A stretch of DNA of 32,000 bases from Sedimentisphaera cyanobacteriorum. GTDB lineage: Bacteria > Planctomycetota > Phycisphaerae > Sedimentisphaerales > Sedimentisphaeraceae. The position numbers and the translations under genes are program-made. The stretch spans positions 1,380,001 to 1,412,000 of the forward strand of contig NZ_CP019633.1 in the NCBI RefSeq assembly GCF_001997385.1, given 5' to 3'. The notes beneath the pieces are model-generated. The model made no database searches. It was not told the origin of the DNA and saw only the letters and a list, made by a program, of their open reading frames with translations. Each line of letters opens with the position of its first letter. Position 1 is the stretch's first letter. Positions 22,711 to 31,683 of this stretch are shown here, piece by piece.

Positions 22711-23598
22711 TTATCTTGGCCAAACAAGCCTGAACGCCTCTTCTCTAACTTCAGAGGGCGAACCGTTCCTCGATATTTTTTCGCCAAAGCTCATTGTTTC
22801 AGTATGGCCATCCAGAAAGACCACATTCCCCTCGCCCCTGTTTTTTTCCTCTCCGAAAACGTTATGGAAAGTTCCGAAATAATTAACAGGCCTTGAGCGG
22901 AGTATATACAGCGAATTATCATCTAAGCCGTAATCGCTGACGCCTGGGATAGTCCATGCGTTCTCATCTGCAAATCCCACAATATCAGCCGGCTTGTCAA
23001 CTCTCAGCATCTTAATAGATCTGCCGCTGGCTTCTAAGCTGTCCGGATGAGAAGCGGGAGGCGGTACAGATGTAACCCAAGGATTCCATTTATTCGATTC
23101 TACACCGAGCCAATAGTTCATACTGTAGCTGTATTGCGGTTCGATAGGGATTGCCTGCTGATGGCCTGGGTGGTGATCTGAACCGTAAGTTTCTGCAAAA
23201 GAAGGGAAGGAAGGACATAAATGCGCACCCTCATTTTCAAGGTAAGGCCAAAGCCCCCCGTCCGGAGCTGCCAAACTGTTGTGCCAAACGCATTGAGGAG
23301 GACAGGCCGGGCCGGATTCGTAAGAACCGTCAGGCTGGAGATACTGGCCTTTGCTTATTTTGCTCAAATTATCCTGAGAATAGAGCCAGTTATATATATA
23401 GGGGAAATAACCGTCATTACTGCTTGTATACATTTGAATTGCCAAGCCATACTGCCTGAGATTAGACTTGCATACAATTATCCTTGCGCTCTCACGCGCC
23501 CTGCCCAGAGCGGGCATAAGAACTGCCATCAGCAGCGCTATGATTGAAATGACAACGAGCAGTTCAATTAATGTAAATCCTTTTTTATAATGGGTCAT
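22711..23598 (-). CDS. Prepilin-type N-terminal cleavage/methylation protein of the DUF1559 (pseudopilin-like, H-X9-DG-type C-terminus) family
   Basis: The N-terminus MTHYKKG|[24 protein letters not shown] has the GFxxxE motif with Glu at +5, followed by ...[15 protein letters not shown]. The C-terminus ...[17 protein letters not shown] is typical of this family. Confidence 0.9.
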   Translation of the reverse strand: MTHYKKGFTLIELLVVISIIALLMAVLMPALGRARESARIIVCKSNLRQYGLAIQMYTSSNDGYFPYIYNWLYSQDNLSKISKGQYLQPDGSYESGPACPPQCVWHNSLAAPDGGLWPYLENEGAHLCPSFPSFAETYGSDHHPGHQQAIPIEPQYSYSMNYWLGVESNKWNPWVTSVPPPASHPDSLEASGRSIKMLRVDKPADIVGFADENAWTIPGVSDYGLDDNSLYILRSRPVNYFGTFHNVFGEEKNRGEGNVVFLDGHTETMSFGEKISRNGSPSEVREEAFRLVWPR

Positions 23599-23618
23599 AA
23601 GTAAATCCCAAATGACAA

Positions 23619-23681
23619 ATACTAAGCTTACTAAAAATAAATTGTAAAAAACAGCTTATCTTTTGAAGCCTTGCAAGTCAA
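23619..23681 (-). promoter_or_regulatory. Candidate promoter region for the pseudopilin/LamG locus (two alternative hexamer pairs)
   Basis: The minus strand has TTTACA-N18-TAGTAT (23619-23648) and TTGACT-N17-TAAGCT (23653-23681). Neither matches consensus exactly. Confidence 0.3.
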
Positions 23682-24061
23682 GCGTTTTTTTAGAATTTTT
23701 AGAGTTTTTTTCATTTACTCAAAAATTAAATGACTTTGCAACAAGCCTATCTCTTTGAAAATTAAGACGCATCAAGAGCCCAGCTGCAAAACAAACCCTT
23801 CTAATAAAATCACAATTCAACTCAACACAACATAAAACAATGATTTGGAAGACTGAATTGACATAGCCTTGCATTATACTATCTTTTGTTTTACTTACTA
23901 ATTTTATAGTCAAAACTAAAGCTTAGAATTGCTTTTCAAAACTAAAATCCGAGTATATATAAAAATATCAGCACCTGTATGCGTTTTACAAAAAAATAAT
24001 CAAAAGCCAAATTTATCATTAACCGCCTGCCCGCTTGCTGAAAATTGATAAACCGGATGCT

Positions 24062-24090
24062 TTTACTGATTGGTCAAACCAAAATATATA
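24062..24090 (+). promoter_or_regulatory. Candidate sigma70-like promoter for the envelope-glycan gene cluster
   Basis: TTTACT-N17-TATATA, about 80 nt upstream of ATG 24171. Confidence 0.3.
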
Positions 24091-24170
24091 AGCCTGCGAA
24101 AGACACCTAAATCGCTCTGGGGGTTTGAATTCATTTGGCAATTCTGCGGGAATTATTAAAATACCCATCT

Positions 24171-25136
24171 ATGGCCGGAAAAAGCAAAAGAAAAAACAAA
24201 CGAAAGCGCAGCACTGCCGAACATTATATCGAATATCTCGGCGTTCGGCTTGCAGCGGGAGTGCTGCATACCCTCGGGGTTCGCCGTTCGCTAAGGCTCG
24301 CAATGAAGATTGGCGAGATTATGTGGGACCATTACCCGAAAGGCAGAAAGAAGGCCGTGGAGAATCTGCGCAGCAGCTTCCCTGAAAAGGATGAAGAATG
24401 GATCAAACAAACCTGCATCAAGAGCTTTCAGCATCTGGTTATGCTTGCTGTTGACGTTTTCTTCACAACAAAGCTCGTCCGTCGGGATAACTGGCGAGAT
24501 TATGCAGAATTTATCAACGCCGAACGGGCAAAATGGCTCATGGCCGAGAAGAAGGGGCTTATAATGCTCACAGGCCATTACGGAAACTTCGAGATTATGG
24601 GCTATCTGATGGGGCTTTTCGGCTTCGATGTTTACAGCATTGCCCGCCCGATAGACAACCCCTTCGTAAACAAATGGCTCTATTCCGTGCGTGAGAGGCA
24701 CGGCCAGCACATAATCAACAAAAAGGGAGCTGCGAAGGTTATGCCGGAGCTGGTTAAGAAAGGTGCAACGCTGGGCTTCATCGCAGACCAGAACGCCGGG
24801 AGGAAGGGGATATTCGTCGATTTCTTCGGCAAGCCCGCAAGCACTTACAAAAGCATAGGCCTGCTCGCTATAACCGAAAACCTTCCCGTAGTTGTAGGCG
24901 TATGCCGGCAGAGGATGGGTGAATTTTTCTTCGAGATTGAATGCGGACGCATTATAACCCCGGCCGAATGGCAGGATAAAGAAAACCCGCTCAAATGGCT
25001 CACGCAGGAATATTCCGGCGAGCTCGAAAAGCTTATCAGAAAGGCCCCCGAGCAGTACTGGTGGATACATCGGAGGTGGAAAACGCGTCCGGAAGATGTA
25101 AAACGGAAACGCAAAGCCAAAGCGGGGAAAAATTGA
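24171..25136 (+). CDS. Lipid A late acyltransferase family protein (LpxL/HtrB-like lysophospholipid acyltransferase)
   Basis: HX4E catalytic motif in LTGHYGNFE. Other motifs are IADQNAG, VDFFGKPASTYKSIGLLA and PEQYWWIHRRWKTRP. ATG 24171 is preferred over ORF-track TTG 24135. Confidence 0.85.
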   Translation: MAGKSKRKNKRKRSTAEHYIEYLGVRLAAGVLHTLGVRRSLRLAMKIGEIMWDHYPKGRKKAVENLRSSFPEKDEEWIKQTCIKSFQHLVMLAVDVFFTTKLVRRDNWRDYAEFINAERAKWLMAEKKGLIMLTGHYGNFEIMGYLMGLFGFDVYSIARPIDNPFVNKWLYSVRERHGQHIINKKGAAKVMPELVKKGATLGFIADQNAGRKGIFVDFFGKPASTYKSIGLLAITENLPVVVGVCRQRMGEFFFEIECGRIITPAEWQDKENPLKWLTQEYSGELEKLIRKAPEQYWWIHRRWKTRPEDVKRKRKAKAGKN

Positions 25137-25744
25137 GCGATTGTGTAAAAAGGCTTATAGATTTGACAGTATCGCTTGCCGCCCTGCTCGTGCTGTGGCC
25201 GGTGATACTGCTTATCGCAGCTGCTGTTCGCCTGGAGAGCCGAGGGAATCCGTTTTTCCTGCAGGAAAGGGCAGGCAGAAACGCAAAACCCTTTACGATG
25301 ATCAAATTCCGCACGATGAGGGCAGATGCTGATCCGTTCGGCAATTCGCCCAAAACAAGCGATGACCCGAGAATTACGAAAACCGGAAGACTTCTTCGCG
25401 AAACGAGCCTTGATGAACTGCCCCAGCTTGTGAACGTGCTGAAGGGGCAGATGTCTCTGGTGGGGCCGAGGCCGCTGTACGTTTCGCAGATTGCCGAATG
25501 GAACGAAAGGCAGAAACGCAGACTCGAGGCCAAACCCGGGATTACAGGCCTCGCCCAGATCTCAGGCAGAGGCTCGCTTACGATAGAGGAAAAGCTCGAG
25601 CTGGATGTGGAGTATGTGGAAACGAGAAACCTTATTAACGATTTGAAGATCCTGCTCCGAACGTTCACAGGAGTTTTTGCGAAGTCTGACATATACGAGA
25701 AGAAGTATTCAGAGAATCAGCATACTCGGAGCGGAAAACAATGA
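25133..25744 (+). CDS. Small monotopic phosphoglycosyl transferase (bacterial sugar transferase family, PglC/WbaP C-terminal type)
   Basis: Re-entrant helix LIDLTVSLAALLVLWPVILLIAAAV, then KFRTM, the Asp-Glu dyad in SLDELPQLVNVLKGQMSLVGPRP, and KPGITGLAQISGR. The likely TTG start at 25133 overlaps the upstream TGA (TTGA). The ORF-track start 24995 lies inside the preceding gene. Confidence 0.85.
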   Translation: MSDCVKRLIDLTVSLAALLVLWPVILLIAAAVRLESRGNPFFLQERAGRNAKPFTMIKFRTMRADADPFGNSPKTSDDPRITKTGRLLRETSLDELPQLVNVLKGQMSLVGPRPLYVSQIAEWNERQKRRLEAKPGITGLAQISGRGSLTIEEKLELDVEYVETRNLINDLKILLRTFTGVFAKSDIYEKKYSENQHTRSGKQ

Positions 25745-25776
25745 AAACGCAGAAACCCAAAGGCTGGTGAGATAAT

Positions 25777-26883
25777 ATGAAAATTGTTCAGGTAGTTCCC
25801 GAGCTCCATCAGGGCGGCGTAGAGAGAGGCGCAGTGGAGCTCAGCCGTGAGCTGGCCTCACGCGGACACGAGAGCTTCGTTATCAGCGCAGGCGGGAAGC
25901 TGGCAGGCAAGCTCGCTGCGGAAGGCGGAAAACATATCACAATGGACGTATGCTCGAAAAACCCAATCACCGCCCCGCTGAGGGCTTGGGGACTGCGGGG
26001 ATTCATCAAGGGGCTCAAGCCCGATATAGTGCATGCAAGAAGCCGCGTGCCGGCGTGGATGTGCTGGTTTGCCCTGAAGGGAATGAAGATTCCGCTGGTA
26101 ACCACGGTGCACGGATTTAACAGCGTAAGCGCATACAGCAAGATTATGACCGCCGGGGAGAGGGTGATCTACGGGAGCAGCGCTATCAGGGATTACGTGG
26201 TTAAAAATTACAAATTCGACTATGACAGGCTCCGGTATGTCCCCCGAGGCGTGGATATGGACTACTTCGACCCAGCCAAGACAGATGAAGAATTTATCGA
26301 AGCATTCAAAAAGCAGTATGCACTTGAGGATAGATACGTAATATCGATTATCGGAAGGGTTACCGAATGGAAAGGCCATGAAGACTTCATCCACGCAGTT
26401 GCCAGATACCGAAAAAAGCACCCCGAGGCTGTGGGGCTTATCGTTGGCCGAAAGGCAGGGAATAAGGGCGATTATTTCGAAAAGCTTCACAGTATGACCG
26501 AAAGACTCGGCGGGAAGGAGGCCTTCAAATTTGCAGGGCCTCAGGCGAATGTGCGGGAGATTTACGCCGTTAGCGACCTTACAGTATCAGCTGCATCAAG
26601 CAAGCCCGAATCTTTCGGCAGGATAGCAGCCGAGGCGATGGCCATGAATACGCCCGTTGTGGGAAGCAGCCACGGCGGTACGCTCGATATCATCAAAGAC
26701 GGCCAAACCGGCCTGCTGTTCAACCCAAAAGATGCAGATCAGCTCGCCGAGAAAATTCAAGAAGCTGCAAATATGAACTTCTCCGGACTGAGAGATTATA
26801 TCGATGAAAACTTCAGCCTCAGGATTATGGTCGATAAAGAGCTTGAGGTGTACAGGGAGCTGACAAAACTCACCGTGAAATAA
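25777..26883 (+). CDS. Glycosyltransferase family 4 (GT-B fold)
   Basis: N-terminus MKIVQVVPELHQGGVERGAVEL. EX7E motif in PESFGRIAAEAMAMNTPVV. Its 3' end overlaps the convergent GT4 gene by 14 bp. Confidence 0.88.
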   Translation: MKIVQVVPELHQGGVERGAVELSRELASRGHESFVISAGGKLAGKLAAEGGKHITMDVCSKNPITAPLRAWGLRGFIKGLKPDIVHARSRVPAWMCWFALKGMKIPLVTTVHGFNSVSAYSKIMTAGERVIYGSSAIRDYVVKNYKFDYDRLRYVPRGVDMDYFDPAKTDEEFIEAFKKQYALEDRYVISIIGRVTEWKGHEDFIHAVARYRKKHPEAVGLIVGRKAGNKGDYFEKLHSMTERLGGKEAFKFAGPQANVREIYAVSDLTVSAASSKPESFGRIAAEAMAMNTPVVGSSHGGTLDIIKDGQTGLLFNPKDADQLAEKIQEAANMNFSGLRDYIDENFSLRIMVDKELEVYRELTKLTVK

Positions 26884-27907
26884 GCAATCTGTAGATCTTT
26901 TCGAGCCTTGGGATTATCGCCTGCTGATAATATTTACTACGATACAGCTCAAGGGCTTTTTGTGCTTTATTACTTGCTTCATCTCTGCTGCTCAGAGATT
27001 GTTTTATTGCCTCAGCCAAGGCCTGAGAGGAGCCTTTCTCTGTTAGATAGGCGTTTTCACTGCTTAAAATTTGAGACGGTCCCTGGGTTTTTGTACAAAC
27101 CATCGGGATGCCTCTTGCCATAGCCTCAAGAACAACTATTCCGAAAGGCTCATCAAGCGAAGGGAGCACAAATAAATCCGCGTGATCAAGAGCCTGGGAC
27201 ACATCATCCAGCCAAACGCCAAGATTCACTCTATCTTTGATGCCCAGTTTTCTGCTCAGGGCTTTGAGATTATCAAGTTCAGGTCCGCTTCCGCCTATTA
27301 CAAGCTCTGCGTCTATCCCGTCAGCGAGAATATCAGCAAACGCATTAAGGAGCAGGTCAAAACCTTTTTTCTGAACGTATCTGCCATAGGAAAGGATTCT
27401 TATTTTACCATCCTGAATTTGCTTTGCCGACTCGGCAGGCTCAATACGAGAAAAATTCGGCAAAACTCTAACCCTCTGTTCAGGCCAGCCCAAATTAAGG
27501 GCATGACGTTTCTGGTCTTCAGTGGTGGCGATAAGCATATCTATATGCCTGTATTTATTAAGTGCTACATAATTGTGGAGCTTTGCTATTACGGGAATTT
27601 TTTCCCTGCGCAGGGCCCTGCCTGTATGCCAGGCTGCCCGCTTGAGCTGGGTGTGAACAACATCAGCATCAAAATCCAGTATGAGTTTATGAAGCCTGTG
27701 AGGCGTGGAAACATCCCATTCCCCATGGGAATTAACAGTTTTGAGAGTTAAATTTGGAATGCCTTCAAGGCTTTCTTTCTTTACAAAATCTTTATGGCAA
27801 ATAGCCAAAACCTCGTGCGAACGTTCTGCAAGAGCCCTTGATGTGTCAACAAATGACCGCTCAGCACCGCCAAAATTCCGAGCGAGCATAACCTGTGCTA
27901 TACGCAT
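26870..27907 (-). CDS. Glycosyltransferase family 4 (GT-B fold)
   Basis: ATG 27907 gives MRIAQVMLARNFGGAERSF, parallel to the N-termini of the paralogs at 25777 and 29609. EX7E motif in DEPFGIVVLEAMARGIPMV. The ORF-track TTG 27931 would start inside the IS inverted repeat. Confidence 0.88.
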   Translation of the reverse strand: MRIAQVMLARNFGGAERSFVDTSRALAERSHEVLAICHKDFVKKESLEGIPNLTLKTVNSHGEWDVSTPHRLHKLILDFDADVVHTQLKRAAWHTGRALRREKIPVIAKLHNYVALNKYRHIDMLIATTEDQKRHALNLGWPEQRVRVLPNFSRIEPAESAKQIQDGKIRILSYGRYVQKKGFDLLLNAFADILADGIDAELVIGGSGPELDNLKALSRKLGIKDRVNLGVWLDDVSQALDHADLFVLPSLDEPFGIVVLEAMARGIPMVCTKTQGPSQILSSENAYLTEKGSSQALAEAIKQSLSSRDEASNKAQKALELYRSKYYQQAIIPRLEKIYRLLISR

Positions 27908-27910
27908 ATA

Positions 27911-29445
27911 TAGTCGTTCCTGAAAAATCAATGATTTTGGGGAAACTAAAAAAATATATCAGGCTAATCGAGTCTTTAATTTGCTTTTCATTGCCAAATT
28001 TCTGTAAAATTCAATAATTTTAAGCATAAAAATATAGGCAAAAGTAAACTTCTTTAGAAGTTTACGCATATTGTACCCAAAAGCGCTGCCGAGGGCGTTC
28101 ATTTTGTCCCCTTCTACACCTTTCAAGAAGTTTCTTCCCAACCTGTTGTCTTCTTTGAGGTGGCCTATCGTTGGTTCTATGCTCGATCTTCTCTTAATCC
28201 ACCTCTTGATACTTCGTTTCTTTTTTCGCCAGCCCTTTTCTACAATTTCAACATTTCCAATATCTTCGCAGCCATGTTTCTTGTATCCTCCATCAACATA
28301 AACATCTCCAAGCTTTTCTCTCCCGATTAAATTCATTGTCTGCTTCAGATTAGCCCGAAGAGTATGGCCATCATAAGGGTTTCCTTCAAAGCCCAACGCT
28401 CCTACGATAAAATTATTCTTGGCAGTAGTTACAATTCCAACCTTATTTCCAAACTCATATTTCTTGTGGCTTTTGCCTTTCCCAATGCAGCAGACGTGAG
28501 GTTCGTGAATACTGTAGAGCTTATTTTTGCTTTTCTTTGTCTGGGCTAAAAGCTTCTTAGCGGCTTGAAGCAATGTATCAAAAATTATTCTTAACTGCTC
28601 ATTGCCTGCTATATTCCGCTCGACCTCTTTCGTAATTCGCCGCAGGTAGTTCCTTAATTTCTTCACTTCTTTTTTAGCTCTTTTGAACTGTTTTGCACGT
28701 CGATACCTGCCCTGCATTACATACGCCCTTTTTCCAACCCTTTCGTAGCTTTGGCGAAGTTGGAGTTTTGAGGCTTTTGCAAGATCTACAAGCTTAATGC
28801 GCAGTTTGTGGCAGAGTTTTGCGTCGGTCGGATAAGTGATGTTCTTCTGCTGAACGGTTGTATCTGCAACGAGCTTGTTGAAATCGTTCTTTTTGATAAC
28901 CTTAAGCTTCAAGCCGGCTTTGATAGTTTCTTCGAGCAGCTCTTCAAGACCATCAGATTTTACCTTATTACGCCACTTAGTCATACTGGTTGGATCAATA
29001 GGAGGCTCGTACTGGAAGTATCTTTCGCCGCAGAAATACTGCCAGTAAGGATTCTCAACCCAGCCGGCAACGATTGCTTCATCGCTGAGATTGAAAGTGT
29101 ACTTGAGATACTGAAGGCCGACCATCAGGCGAATCGGCTTGGCCGGCCTGCCTGAATCAGGACTGTATAAACTGCCAAACTTCTCTTCAAAGCGAGACCA
29201 GTTGACAACCTCTGAGAGTTGGACTAAAGAGTGATCAGGATTTACAAGAGGTTTTAATGGCTGCTGAAAGAGTAAGCCTGCTTTATTGTTTTTTGCCTTC
29301 ATTATTTTGTCCCAATATTGCAATGTTTTGATAGATGTAAGATAAACACTTGCAATATTATACCATATCTCGAAAGCTTTTCAATCATATAAACCATTAT
29401 CAGAAAAGAATTTAAGGAAATTTTAAACTTTTTCAGGGGCGACTA
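27911..29445 (-). mobile_element. Intact IS5-family insertion sequence (~1.5 kb)
   Basis: Imperfect 17-bp terminal inverted repeats: TAGTCGTTCCTGAAAAA (27911-27927) and TTTTTCAGGGGCGACTA (29429-29445), 15/17 complementary. They are flanked by TATA at 27907-27910 and 29446-29449, a candidate 4-bp target duplication. The flanks are alternating A/T, so the ends are ambiguous by about 3 bp. It contains a single transposase ORF. Confidence 0.8.
27959..29302 (-). CDS. IS5-family DDE transposase
   Basis: The N-terminal region is typical of IS5/IS1182-type transposases (...SGRPAKPIRLMVGLQYLKYTFNLSDEAIV...ENPYWQYFCG). DDE candidates are VADTTVQ, VYVDGGY and SIEPTIGHLK. The C-terminal part is RNFLKGVEGDKMNALGSAFGYNMRKLL. 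ATG 29302 is preferred over ORF-track TTG 29323. Confidence 0.88.
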   Translation of the reverse strand: MKAKNNKAGLLFQQPLKPLVNPDHSLVQLSEVVNWSRFEEKFGSLYSPDSGRPAKPIRLMVGLQYLKYTFNLSDEAIVAGWVENPYWQYFCGERYFQYEPPIDPTSMTKWRNKVKSDGLEELLEETIKAGLKLKVIKKNDFNKLVADTTVQQKNITYPTDAKLCHKLRIKLVDLAKASKLQLRQSYERVGKRAYVMQGRYRRAKQFKRAKKEVKKLRNYLRRITKEVERNIAGNEQLRIIFDTLLQAAKKLLAQTKKSKNKLYSIHEPHVCCIGKGKSHKKYEFGNKVGIVTTAKNNFIVGALGFEGNPYDGHTLRANLKQTMNLIGREKLGDVYVDGGYKKHGCEDIGNVEIVEKGWRKKKRSIKRWIKRRSSIEPTIGHLKEDNRLGRNFLKGVEGDKMNALGSAFGYNMRKLLKKFTFAYIFMLKIIEFYRNLAMKSKLKTRLA

Positions 29446-29608
29446 TATATTTCTCGAATTAATGAACTGCAATTTTTAACATCAATCATAATTATATAAA
29501 AGTATTGTTTGTTAATCAAGTTAAGGCTGTCGGAGTTCTTATTCTCTTGACAATAAAACGGATAAAGGATAATAGCATAAAAATACGCAAAGTTTCAGGG
29601 GAATAGTT

Positions 29609-30652
29609 ATGAAAATAGTTCAGTGTATGTTTGCAAAGGGCAAAGGCGGGCTCGAACAGGTATTCGTTGACCACACCAAGACCCTCAAAGCTGCGGGCTT
29701 TGAAATTTTCCCAATATGCAACTGCAAAGGAAGCTATAAAGAGAATGTGGCTGAGGCAGCAGGCAGAGAGCCGATTTTAATTTCCAACACCAGAAAGCTT
29801 AATCCTTTTTTCGGGTGGAAGTTTGCCCGAGCAGTTATGCAGATTCAGCCGGATATAGTTTTTCTGCATGGAAACAGGGCTATTTCAATGTGCCTGAGCA
29901 GGTTTGTAAAAAAGAAACTCCCTGAAAATACGAAAATCTGCGCAACCACCCACAACTACCGCAACAAACTTTTCACAGGGCTTGATGCCTCCCTCGTTAT
30001 AAGCAGGGATTTAGAAGAAAAGCTCAAATGCAGAGCCATACCTTCAGAACGGATTTTCTACTTCCCGAATGCAGTCCGCCTGGAGCCGCCAAAGGAATTT
30101 CATTTCCACAGCCCACCTGTTATAGGAACAATGAGAAGACTGCATCACGAAAAAGGCTGCGATGTGCTGCTTAAAGCCTGCGGGATACTGAAGCAGAGGG
30201 GAATTGAGTTTAGTCTGGTTGTCGGGGGAGAAGGCGAGCAGAGACAATCATTGGAAGATCTCTGCAGCGAGCTTGGCATTGAAGATTCAGTAAGCCTGCC
30301 GGGATGGGTAAAAAACAAAGAGAAATTTTTCAGCGAAATAGATATCTTTTGTATGCCCTCAAGAAAGGAAGGGCTTCCCGTGGCCCTGCTTGAGGCAATG
30401 TCTTTCGGTAAACCCTGCATTACAACAAACCTGCCCGGCCCTTCCGAGGCGATAAATAAAAATGGCGGCGGGATAATAATTGAAAAAGAAAATCCTGAAA
30501 AACTTGCAGACGCCCTTGAGAAAATAATAATAAATGAAGATTTTGCAGCCGGCCTTGGCCAGAAGGCTCGGCAGACTGTACGGGATGAATACTCGTTCGA
30601 GATGCAGAAGAAAAGACTCAGTGATATTTGTGAAAGAATAGTCAGGCTTTAA
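29609..30652 (+). CDS. Glycosyltransferase family 4 (GT-B fold)
   Basis: RBS AGGGGA. N-terminus MKIVQCMFAKGKGGLEQVF. EX7E motif in KEGLPVALLEAMSFGKPCI. Confidence 0.88.
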   Translation: MKIVQCMFAKGKGGLEQVFVDHTKTLKAAGFEIFPICNCKGSYKENVAEAAGREPILISNTRKLNPFFGWKFARAVMQIQPDIVFLHGNRAISMCLSRFVKKKLPENTKICATTHNYRNKLFTGLDASLVISRDLEEKLKCRAIPSERIFYFPNAVRLEPPKEFHFHSPPVIGTMRRLHHEKGCDVLLKACGILKQRGIEFSLVVGGEGEQRQSLEDLCSELGIEDSVSLPGWVKNKEKFFSEIDIFCMPSRKEGLPVALLEAMSFGKPCITTNLPGPSEAINKNGGGIIIEKENPEKLADALEKIIINEDFAAGLGQKARQTVRDEYSFEMQKKRLSDICERIVRL

Positions 30653-30655
30653 GAT

Positions 30656-31681
30656 ATGAGAATAGTACACTCGGATAATATAATGATCCGCCGATACGGG
30701 CTTACCAAGGTATCAACCGGAAGGAAGCTTTTTAACGGCATGATCAGGAACAACTGGAAGGTGATCGAATACAGCGAGAGGGATATTGCAAAATTCGAGG
30801 CTCCTCTGCATATAAAACCGCTTGGGGTGCCCGCAGCGAACAAGAAGTTTATAGAAGTTTGCAGGAACTGGAATCCTGATCTGATTATCATCGGCCACAG
30901 CGACCTTATCACAAACAATACGCTGGACAGGGTGAAGGCAATTATGCCGAATGTACCGATAGCATATATAAACGTTGACCCTCCTTGGAGAGAGCGGAAC
31001 GTTAAAAAGCTGCACTGGCGAAAGAATCACGTTGATGCGATGTTTATCACTTCCGGAGGCGATTTTCTCAGGCAGTTCTGCACGGGAAGAAATATCGTCA
31101 GCTTCATTCCCAACGCAGCCGACCCATGCATCGAAGATATGGACAATTCAAAGAAGGACGAGCTCGAATATGATCTGACGTTTTGCGGCAAAGGCAGTGA
31201 AACAGACGACCGCTATCCTCTGATAGTTAATCTGCATAATGACCTCAAAGACAAGCTGAAATTTGAGACATTCGGAATCTACGGAAACCCCGCTGTATGG
31301 GGGCAGGAGTACGACAGCGTGCTTTCAAAAACGAAGATGAGCCTCAATCTGAATCGCTATGAAGGCTGGAAATATTATTCATCTGCTAGAATCTCACAGC
31401 TAATGGGCAACGGAATCCTTGCATTTATATGGGACGCAGGGCAGATGAAGGATATTATCCCGGAAAACTGCGCCGCATACTTCAAAGATGAAGATGAGCT
31501 GAAGAAAAAGATTATTGAATTTCATAACGATAACCAAATGAGAAAAGATATCGCCGGTGCAGGAAGAAAATACTACCACGATAATTTTTCCGGTCAGCAG
31601 ATTATCAAATATATCGCCGAAACAACCTTCGGCAAACCATACTCAGAAGATTACATCTGGCAGGGTGAGGTGTATAAATAA
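30656..31681 (+). CDS. CgeB-like / Glyco_trans_1_2-type glycosyltransferase-family protein
   Basis: It starts 3 nt after the upstream stop. The C-terminal region (...YSSARISQLMGNGILAFIWDAG...YFKDEDELKKKIIEFHNDNQMRKDIAGAGRKYYHDNFS) resembles the C-terminal GT1-like domain of CgeB-family proteins. The assignment is moderate. Confidence 0.65.
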   Translation: MRIVHSDNIMIRRYGLTKVSTGRKLFNGMIRNNWKVIEYSERDIAKFEAPLHIKPLGVPAANKKFIEVCRNWNPDLIIIGHSDLITNNTLDRVKAIMPNVPIAYINVDPPWRERNVKKLHWRKNHVDAMFITSGGDFLRQFCTGRNIVSFIPNAADPCIEDMDNSKKDELEYDLTFCGKGSETDDRYPLIVNLHNDLKDKLKFETFGIYGNPAVWGQEYDSVLSKTKMSLNLNRYEGWKYYSSARISQLMGNGILAFIWDAGQMKDIIPENCAAYFKDEDELKKKIIEFHNDNQMRKDIAGAGRKYYHDNFSGQQIIKYIAETTFGKPYSEDYIWQGEVYK

Positions 31682-31683
31682 AG

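Noticed and set aside
24291-25692. Long minus-strand ORFs (259, 91 and 218 codons) opposite the acyltransferase and sugar transferase genes
   Set aside because: They are antisense to two genes with clear family motifs. The translations are Ser/Pro/Arg-rich with no motifs or RBS, so these are shadow ORFs.
25809-27751. Antisense ORFs 25809-26141 and 25858-26490 (minus) and 27182-27751 (plus) inside the GT4 genes
   Set aside because: The opposite-strand GT4 ORFs carry EX7E motifs and conserved N-termini. These ORFs have no support beyond their length.
779-29323. ORF-track N-terminal extensions starting at 7943, 11092, 12962, 19213, 21626, 22662, 24135, 24995, 27931 and 29323
   Set aside because: In each case an internal ATG or TTG gives a better model. 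It has a better-placed Shine-Dalgarno-like sequence and a proper signal peptide or family-typical N-terminus. The extension would also overlap the upstream gene, a promoter or the IS terminal repeat.
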